DNA of 20,000 bases from Mayamaea pseudoterrestris. Taxonomy: Eukaryota. A program made the position numbers and the translations under genes. The DNA lies in assembly GCA_027923505.1 (NCBI GenBank), contig BROI01000025.1, positions 420,260-440,259 on the forward strand, written 5' to 3'. Positions 11,301 through 18,105 of the stretch are shown here, piece after piece. The notes beneath the pieces were generated by a model. It was not told where the DNA came from. It searched no databases and saw nothing but the letters and a program-made list of their open reading frames with translations. Every line of letters begins with the position of its first letter. Position 1 is the stretch's first letter.

Positions 11301-11449
11301 CGAGATGAGGAATGGAATAAATTTGGCGGGTCCTTGATGAGTGCTGGAAATGTTAACGCGTCATTTGGTCTTTGTCGTCGTCGACGAGTAGGTGTTTGGC
11401 CGTCGAGCAGTCGTCGGCGCCCTTTTAGAAGAAGAAACTTTCGCAGCAT
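8330..11449 (-). CDS. Pentatricopeptide repeat (PPR) protein, probably organelle-targeted
   Basis: 1039-aa ORF with repeated ~35-aa helical units (WNLLMEA, YASVMVAWSRS, PSVVHYTTLI, GVEPDLRIYQVL, YQALIAAW, KPDARCTTILIHAYAKS, FAAVLNACAY, KPNSYIY). The Arg/Ser-rich N-terminus resembles a transit peptide. Confidence 0.88.
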   Translation of the reverse strand: MLRKFLLLKGRRRLLDGQTPTRRRRQRPNDALTFPALIKDPPNLFHSSSRAAFNHLDSKRWRSANRFNMKSEAFNFAPAGASSPWTASSFLLHPSRSVERRGFIHANTRWSSSQSNSLLSKSAMRLQDLEHQSKRLLAETASHSDLTQRAQIQDLLVQWRDALLASNHVEEASTDSDRSLTVADALERMHDLYQVWQNLDKAIAGTPSSSSSDSPSSSLPHRVMLQVYAHVAQLNDCESYSTRALQVMNDWNETLGGDLELAASLDDYHLLLRVFRSSGKQKQNAAIRSDDCNTMSKAAALAESSDSLDAKLTVARIAMEVLEHLQETGYYMTPTLTTYALVSDCLANVAMLPATGGGNTLAGDEVMSIRTSMLQTIKQADGLIAKNKQTTLQKEDLLRHVQILCNGLDCLCQSSDQGIATNVWTELLWRLRDVLASSEKQAEILAAAAASNQQTDLCERFIKTLTRVLQASTLLSVMEREDVVKALLEPLRSMYPNDLPTLHLYYLAILAFKGAEFSTSSKAYRQELLELMEAKHITLRQSNVVVDSDTDTFHWNLLMEANYDADKPHRVSRLWKEMTSNPKIRRNSKSFSVQLKALAKIGTAPAAQQAMGIWQKTLEKEIVTLSAHDYASVMVAWSRSRHPQASAQCQRIFDRLKQQTDGDANLKPSVVHYTTLILTDNSMTPNKAKQILDDLRGDGVEPDLRIYQVLFKSLSRLGTAEAAETIENLLNEMQKNKTVTPDLPCLVSSMYAWSSVSDGHVKCELILDRLETLTGRGDDSLGLLGAAPYQALIAAWIHNNPSIAGQEADKILDRVKRASRYGIAHAPDKKLYSSVMTAHLKSNLEIGSYTLDKLEELMREMTDANESGNHAAKPDARCTTILIHAYAKSNHSNKAAVAWGLLQRLMKGYQQRGDLDSKPSAHAFAAVLNACAYTHNDHSQDAVHIALQVMTALTDGSCGVKPNSYIYVNFFQVIGRHLANMDERNRIAGVILQRCSAEGFVSSRVLAALREFVPELYRKLPKDPTSRRISLPAQWTRHT

Positions 11450-11683
11450 CTTCCGACACTGTTTATCAGTACTTTGATACTATATTTAGTAGTTGGGTCA
11501 ATATATGCGGCTCATTTGTAACGAGACGATAGAATAGAGCAAGAGCAAGAAATGTGCGACGAGCGACGAATGAGTTGGCTCGTCAAAACCGCTGCGATTG
11601 AAAATGAGTACCGTTACGGGAGTCGACACGAGCGCGCGACGAAAGAGAGGCGCGACGCCTTTCGTCATCGTCAAACGGACCAT

Positions 11684-11721
11684 CAGTCTTGCTTGCATAT
11701 GACAGTCTTGCTTGCATATGA
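11684..11721. repeat. Perfect 19-bp tandem duplication CAGTCTTGCTTGCATATGA x2 in the divergent intergenic region
   Basis: Read directly at 11684-11702 and 11703-11721. Confidence 0.95.
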
Positions 11722-11793
11722 ATGTGACTATTGGAGAGCCTTCTCTATTCTGTATCGCTATAAATATACTGCATCGTCTAGCTAGTAGTCATC

Positions 11794-14193
11794 ATGGGAG
11801 TTATACAGCATGATGACGACGATGCGTTCATTGAGCCTATATCTGCGACAATCGTCGAGGCCTTTCCCGAACAGCAACAAGCCCAAGGGAACAGTATTAA
11901 CGAAGCGCCTCCAACGGTTGTGGCGGGTGCTGCTAATCCGTCTATGCATGACATGGAATCGCAGCAGCAAGACCCTTACGCCGAACATTTCGCCGAGCAG
12001 TACATGGAGCCGCAGCAGCACCAGTCACTGAGCAACAATAGTAACGATTTCTCCGTTTCCGAATCGTCCATTCGTCGACGAACCTTTTTGTCGCGCCATC
12101 GCCAAGACTTGGATCATTTGGAGACGGACGCGGCGCACAATTGCTCGCATCCCATTCCGGAACCGACGCGTCCATTGGAAGCGCAGAATCCGCAGATGCA
12201 ACAACAGACGGCGACGAGAGACTCGCTCGATCGATGGGATCGCATACAATCCACCATGACAAACTTTACGCAACTACCAAAGACTCCGGATGCACTCTTG
12301 ACATTTTTTCTTCCAGCGTGGAGATGGCTCAAGCAGTACAATTTAAAGACATCCTTGCGCAAGGACATTATTGCCGGCTTGACGGTGGGAGTCATGGTCA
12401 TTCCGCAAGGCATGAGTTACGCCAAGCTGGCCGGCCTGCCCGTTCAGTTTGGACTATACTCGGCCATTATTCCAGTGTACATGTACGCACTCTTTGGATC
12501 CAGTCGGCAGCTCGCCATTGGACCAGTCAGTATGATTGCGCTGCTGCTGAATACTGGTTTGACGACGATTATGCGAAACAATTATGCGCAAGTTTCCGAA
12601 GCAAAATATCAATCCATTTACTTGCAGCTGGCACTGCAAACCAGCTTTTTGGTGGGACTTATCAACATTTTTCTGGGTTTGGCGCGCTTGGGGTTTGTTA
12701 CCAATTTCCTCTCGCGCGCCGTCATTTCGGGTTTCACGACGGGAGCCGCCGTCATTATTGGATGCACGCAGCTGCCCAGCATTTTTGGCTTTGGCGTCAC
12801 TTACGACTCGATCAAGATTCACAAAATACTGCAAGCATTTTTTCGAAACATTCATCAAACCAACTGGAAATCGTTCGTTTTGGGAACAGTGTCAGTGTTG
12901 CTCCTGGTGTTGCTCAAGCATATAGGCAAGGCGCGACGAAAGTATCGATGGGTGCAGGCGCTTGGTCCGTTGACAGTCACAGTGATTGGCATTGTATTTA
13001 CGGTTGGTATGGATTTGGATGTTGATGCAAATATTTCGGTTGTGGAAGACATCCCAAAGGGCTTTCCACAAGTCAGTGCACGCGACATTTTTCCAATGGA
13101 TCACTTTCGCGAACTGATACTACCAGTCATTAGCATTACCTTGTTCGGATTCATGGAAAGCGTGGCCATTGCCAAGCGGCTAGCAGCGACGCACCGCTAC
13201 GAGATTGACAGTAGTTTGGAGCTGATTGGATTGGGCGTGGCCAACTTGTCGGGCAGCATGTTTCAAGCCTTTCCAGTCACTGGGTCGTTTAGTCGATCAA
13301 CTATTAACAACGACTGCGGAGCCGAGTCGGGTATTGCTGGAGTCGTGACGGCGACACTAGTTTTGGTGGTTGTGATCTTTTTTGTAAAGATCTTTGAGCG
13401 TTTGCCCCTTTGCACGCTCTCGGCCATTGTCATGTCGGGTGTCTTTGGCTTATTAGACTACGCGGAAGCAATCAAGCTTTGGAAGGTCCACAAGAAAGAT
13501 TTTGTCTGTTGGATGTGCGCCTTTGTTGGAACATTGTTTTCAGGTGTCGAGATTGGCTTGCTGCTGAGCATTGGGGTCTCTGTGCTCATTGTTTTGTACG
13601 AGAGCGCTTACCCGCATACGGCCGTTCTTGGTCGACTGCCGTCAACGTCCGTTTACCGCAACATTAAGCAGTACCCCGACGCGGAGGAATACATCGGCAT
13701 ACTCATTATTCGCGTCGACGCTCCGTTGTATTTTGCGAACGCTCAGAACGTTCGTGAGAAGATTCGCAAGTACCGACTGGCGGCGGAGGAAGACACGGCT
13801 TACGAGCATGGTGACGTCAAGTTTTTGATTCTTGATTTGACCCCAGTCTCACACATTGATACGACGGCTCTTCATTGTTTGGAAGACATGTGCGACAATT
13901 ACAAATCACGCAACCAGCAACTCTGCTTCTGCAATCCCAGTTTGGTCGTCATGAAGCGTTTTGACGACATTGGTTTTACGGAAAAGGTCGGCCGCAAGTT
14001 CTTCTTTTCTTGCACACATGACGCAGTCAAATGGTGCTTGGCAGAAATGGACACGGATGCCACTTCGGCGCACGAAACACAACTGCAGACGAGCGACGGG
14101 GCACACGGGTCACGGACGAATTGCAACGACGACCTTGGTTGCCCGGTTCGTGTCACTAGGTTAGCTCCTTTGGAGGTTGTCTTTGACGCGTAG
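11794..14193 (+). CDS. SLC26/SulP anion (sulfate-type) transporter with C-terminal STAS domain
   Basis: Motifs DIIAGLTVGVMVIPQGMSYAKLAGLP..FGLYS, GSSRQLAIGP, VISGFTTGAA, PVTGSFSRS, and STAS-type APLYFAN..LDLTPVSHIDTTAL. Confidence 0.95.
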   Translation: MGVIQHDDDDAFIEPISATIVEAFPEQQQAQGNSINEAPPTVVAGAANPSMHDMESQQQDPYAEHFAEQYMEPQQHQSLSNNSNDFSVSESSIRRRTFLSRHRQDLDHLETDAAHNCSHPIPEPTRPLEAQNPQMQQQTATRDSLDRWDRIQSTMTNFTQLPKTPDALLTFFLPAWRWLKQYNLKTSLRKDIIAGLTVGVMVIPQGMSYAKLAGLPVQFGLYSAIIPVYMYALFGSSRQLAIGPVSMIALLLNTGLTTIMRNNYAQVSEAKYQSIYLQLALQTSFLVGLINIFLGLARLGFVTNFLSRAVISGFTTGAAVIIGCTQLPSIFGFGVTYDSIKIHKILQAFFRNIHQTNWKSFVLGTVSVLLLVLLKHIGKARRKYRWVQALGPLTVTVIGIVFTVGMDLDVDANISVVEDIPKGFPQVSARDIFPMDHFRELILPVISITLFGFMESVAIAKRLAATHRYEIDSSLELIGLGVANLSGSMFQAFPVTGSFSRSTINNDCGAESGIAGVVTATLVLVVVIFFVKIFERLPLCTLSAIVMSGVFGLLDYAEAIKLWKVHKKDFVCWMCAFVGTLFSGVEIGLLLSIGVSVLIVLYESAYPHTAVLGRLPSTSVYRNIKQYPDAEEYIGILIIRVDAPLYFANAQNVREKIRKYRLAAEEDTAYEHGDVKFLILDLTPVSHIDTTALHCLEDMCDNYKSRNQQLCFCNPSLVVMKRFDDIGFTEKVGRKFFFSCTHDAVKWCLAEMDTDATSAHETQLQTSDGAHGSRTNCNDDLGCPVRVTRLAPLEVVFDA

Positions 14194-14369
14194 ATTGCTT
14201 GTTTTCTGCAGTAAAACACCACCTTTATCTAACGAAGTATTAGAAAAAGGTTGCACAATCAATTGCATGTACAGGTACAAGGTTTGCTGTGTCAAGCACA
14301 CTGAAGCGTCCAAAGCATGTGGAGCACAAGTCTTAGCAAGCAGCAACCTTAATTTTGAAAACCCATATA

Positions 14370-14662
14370 GTCATGTATCGGCCAAAATTTAATTGGATGG
14401 TTTCAATAATATTGATCTACAAGATAGAATGCCTGGCTGGTGTCCCTGTAAACTGCAATGCCTTTGGTGAAAACTCCTCACAATTTCAGCTGCCAATTAG
14501 CCTATAATTAAAAAAATACGTAGAACCATTAGGTTCAAATCACACAAGGATGGCGCCTACACCTTTGCTGAGTATGCTTTGCAAGGTAATTGCTTGGTAG
14601 TTCCCTAAGTAGACTGCAATGTGACTAGTGAGAACTTCTCACAAGTCTCAGCCCACAGATGC
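14370..14662 (+). repeat. Degenerate relic copies (~2) of satellite B
   Basis: CTACAAGATAG...TGGCTGGTGTC...GCAATG..TTTGGTGA (~14416-14470) and GCAATGTGACTAGTGAGAACTTCTCACAAGTCTCAGCCCACAGATGC (14616-14662) align to the B monomer. The left edge is fuzzy. Confidence 0.75.
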
Positions 14663-14780
14663 GCGCGCTCATGGTGCTAAAATGTGGCCCTTTACCACTA
14701 ACCCTGTAGTCCATTTCCATCCAATCTTGTTTGGCTATGCTTTGGGAGTAGTATGTGGTAAGATTGGTGCAGCTCCAAGA

Positions 14781-15483
14781 TAGTGATGAATGCATTGCAC
14801 TTTTGACATCATAAAACAATGCCTGTCAAAGTTCAACTGCCAGCAATCAATTTACACCTCTCTGGCTGCTGGAGTGGGTTATGGCAGCCTGCTATGTTGG
14901 ACAAGCCTGGGGACACGAAATTCTGGCAGTCCCTGTCAACGAACTTGAAGACTACATAGGCTAGTGCTTAATGGATTGCACTTTTGACATCATGAAACAA
15001 TGCCTGTCAACTACCAGCTAACAATTTATACCTCTCTGGCTGCTGGAGTGGGTTATGGCAGCCTGCTATGTTGGACAAGCCTGGGGACATGAAATTCAGG
15101 CAGTCCCTGTCGCTGAACTTGGAGACTACATGGACTAGTGCTGAATGGATTGCACTTTTGACATCATGAAACAATGCCTGTCATTTGCCAGCAATCAATG
15201 TATACCTCTCTGGCTGTTAGAGTGGGTTATGGCAGCCAGCTATTGTGGACAAGCCTGGGGACACGAAATTCTGGCAGTCCCTGTCACTGAACTTGGAAAC
15301 TACATGGGCTAGTGATGAATGCATTGCACTTTTGACATCATGAATCAATGCCTGTCAACTGCCAGCAATCAATGTATACCTCTCTGGCTGCTGGAGTGGG
15401 TTACGGCAGCCTGCTATGTTGGACAAGCCTGGGGACATGAAATTCTGGCAGTCCCTGATGCTGAACTTGGAGACTACATGGAC
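14781..15483. repeat. Satellite A: 174-bp unit, 4 copies (first has a 7-bp insertion)
   Basis: TTTTGACATCAT anchor at 14801, 14982, 15156 and 15330 (spacing 181, 174, 174). Confidence 0.97.
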
Positions 15484-15486
15484 TAT

Positions 15487-15948
15487 TGGCACCAACCAGG
15501 CAGTCAACATATCTTGTAGCGCACTTGAAATAAGGATGTTAGAACCATTCTGGCTTGATTTGGGCATACATATGGCTCACGGTATGGGCCTTTGAGAGGC
15601 ATGGCATCTGCTGGCTGAGACTGATGACACGTTGTCACCAATCACATTGCGAGCATCAGAGACACCAGCCATTTAGATATTCTTGTAGCGCACCTAAAAT
15701 AAGGATGTTAGCGTCATTCTGGCTTGATTTGGGCATACACATGGTTCAAGGTATGGGCATTCAAAAATCACGGAATCTGCTGGCTGAGACTGGTGAGAAC
15801 TTCTCACCAGTCACATTGCTGTCTACCGAGGGACCAGCCAGACAATCCATCTTGTACCGCACCTGATACAAGGATGTTAGCATCATTCTGGTTGGATTAG
15901 GCATACACATAGCTCAAGATATGGACTTACGGCATCTGCTGGCTGAGA
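15487..15948 (-). repeat. Satellite B, inverted diverged subfamily: 169-bp unit, ~2.7 copies
   Basis: TCTTGTA(G/C)CGCAC at 15512, 15681 and 15850 (spacing 169). The reverse complement matches B motifs TGCGCTACAAGA, CCAGAATG...AACATC and AGTCTCAGCC.GCAGATGCC. Confidence 0.92.
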
Positions 15949-16640
15949 AATTGAAAACCATGTGGTCCACCAGCCACCTTAACAACCCAACCCTGGTCAA
16001 TTCCCTGGAGGGTTTGGAGGTACATCATTGAATGGATTGCACATCCTCCATCCTTTATACAGAGTGTAAAAACTGTAAACATGAGGTCAACCAGCCACCA
16101 TCCAACTCAACCCAACCCAGATCATTTTCCTGGGGGGTTTGACGGTGCACCATTGAATGGATTACACATTTAGCATTCTTTATACATGCCTAATAACCGC
16201 ATAGACTCATATTGAAGCTGGCTGGCCCATGGGCATGGCTATTGAGTGTAAATACTGAAAACCGTGTGGTCCACCAGCCACCATATAACACAACCCAACC
16301 CCGGTCATTTTCCTGGAGGGTTTAAAGGTACACCAATGAATGGATTGCACATCCTACATCCTTTATATATGCAAAATAACCGCAGAGACTCATATAGAAG
16401 CTGGCTGGCCCATGGGCATGGCTATTGAGTGTAGAAACTGAAAACCATGAGGTCCACCAGCCACCATCCAACACAACCCAGCCCCGGTCATTTTCCTGAA
16501 AGGTTTGAAGGTATACCATTGAATGAATTGCCCATCCACCATCCTTTATACATGTTTAATAATCACAGAGACTCATATTGAAGCTCGCAGGCCCATGGGC
16601 ATGGCTATTGTGTGTAGAAACTGAATACCATGTGATCCAC
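15944..16640. repeat. Satellite C, left block: 183-bp unit (first unit 62 bp short)
   Basis: GGTCCAC-type anchor at 15964, 16085, 16268, 16451 and 16634 (spacing 121, 183, 183, 183). Confidence 0.95.
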
Positions 16641-18105
16641 ATGCTGTGACATTCAAACGCCCCTATAAAATGCCCTCTAGGTGCCCAAATTACACCAGAA
16701 TGGGGCCAACATCATTACTCCGGCTGCGCTACAAGATGGTAGACTTGGTTGGTGTTGCAAGGGATGGCAATGTATTTGGTGACCACTTGTCAACAGTCTC
16801 AGCCCGCAGATGCCGTGACATTCAAACGCCCCTACAGCAAGCCCTGTAGGTGCCCAAATTAGACCAGAATGGTGCCAACATCATTATTCAGGCTGCGCTA
16901 CAAGATAGTAGGCTTGGCTGTTGTCTCAGGGGATGGCAATGTATTTGGTGACAACTTGTCACCAGTCCCAGCCCGCAGATGCCGTGACATTCAAACGCCC
17001 CTACAGCAAGCCCTGCAGGTGCCCAAATTACACCAGAATGGTGCCAACATCATTATTCCGGCTGCGCTACAAGATGGTAGGCTTGGCTGGTGTCTCAGGG
17101 GATGGCAATGTATTTGGTGACAACTTGTCACCAGTCTCAGCCCACAGATGCTCCAGCTCAGGGTGGATGCTTCGAGGAGACTGCCTTGGGGACACTCATA
17201 AGATACCCTTATGAGTACACTGTGATTGATAGTCATGTCATCAGTGGTGCGGGAGAGAAGAATGGGAACAGCTACCGACAATGGGCAGACCACATGCCAA
17301 TGTTGATCGGATTGCCTCCCATTCCTTTGGTTAGCTTGCCAACCTTGTTGTCTAGCAAGGCTCTCTGTTGCTTGTCCCACCCACCCACCCGGGTTGTGGT
17401 GAATCCTCCTCACAGGATTCGCTCCAGTCATCATTGATGACTTGGTTGTTGCTCCAGGGACCCAGAGTTTGCACTACGAGTCCACATAGCAAATGCATCC
17501 ACAGGACATTGCTGTCAACTTTGGGCAGCTGGCCGGGCACAGCCAGGCACGCGGAAGGAAACAGCCGAGTGATGGAGGGCAATCTGCACTTGTGCTGATT
17601 GTGTGACATTCAAACGCCCCTACAGCAAGCCCTGTAGGTGCCCAAACTTCATCAGAATGGTGCCAACATCATAATTCAGGCTGCGCTACAAGATGGTAGG
17701 CTTGGCTGGTGTCTCAGGGGATGGCAATGTATTCGGTGATGACTTGTCACCAGTCTCAGCCCACAGATGCCGTGACATTCAAACGCCCCTACAGCAAGCC
17801 CTGTAGGTGCCCAAATTACTCCAGATTGGTGCACAAAATAATTTTAAAGGGTTCACTACAAGATGGAAGGCTTGGCTGGTGTCTCAGGGGATGGCAATGT
17901 ATTTGGTGACAACTTGTCACCAGTATCATCCTGCAGATGCCATGACATTCAAACGCCCCTACAGCAAGCCCTGTAGGTGCCCAACTTACACCAGAATTGT
18001 GCCAACATCATTATTCAGGCTGCGCTTCAAGATGGAAGGCTTGGCTGGCGTCTCAGGGGATGGCAATGTATTTGGTGACAACTTGTCACCAGTCTCAGCC
18101 GGCAG
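16641..18105 (+). repeat. Satellite B: six 169/170-bp units (3+3), split by a 450-bp insert
   Basis: (G/A)TGACATTCAAACGCCCC at 16646, 16815, 16984, then 17603, 17772 and 17942. Confidence 0.96.
17152..17601. other. Unique 450-bp hairpin-rich insert in satellite B (candidate non-autonomous element or structured RNA)
   Basis: Removing it restores CAGATGC-TGTGACATT, the junction type seen at 16641. It contains at least six inverted repeats. Identity is unknown. Confidence 0.6.

Noticed and set aside
12141..13025. 294-aa overlapping ORF in SulP, and the other short overlapping ORFs in the track
   Set aside because: These are alternate-frame or antisense shadows of well-supported genes, with no recognisable motifs.
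17190..17250. Hammerhead ribozyme (CTGATGA on the minus strand at 17238-17244; also on + at ~15621)
   Set aside because: No stem II followed by GAAA in either case, and sister B copies read CTGGTGA.
17152..17601. Group I intron or canonical Helitron
   Set aside because: No recognisable P7 core in the right order and the upstream base is C rather than U. For a Helitron, the 3' CTRR and A|T target are missing.
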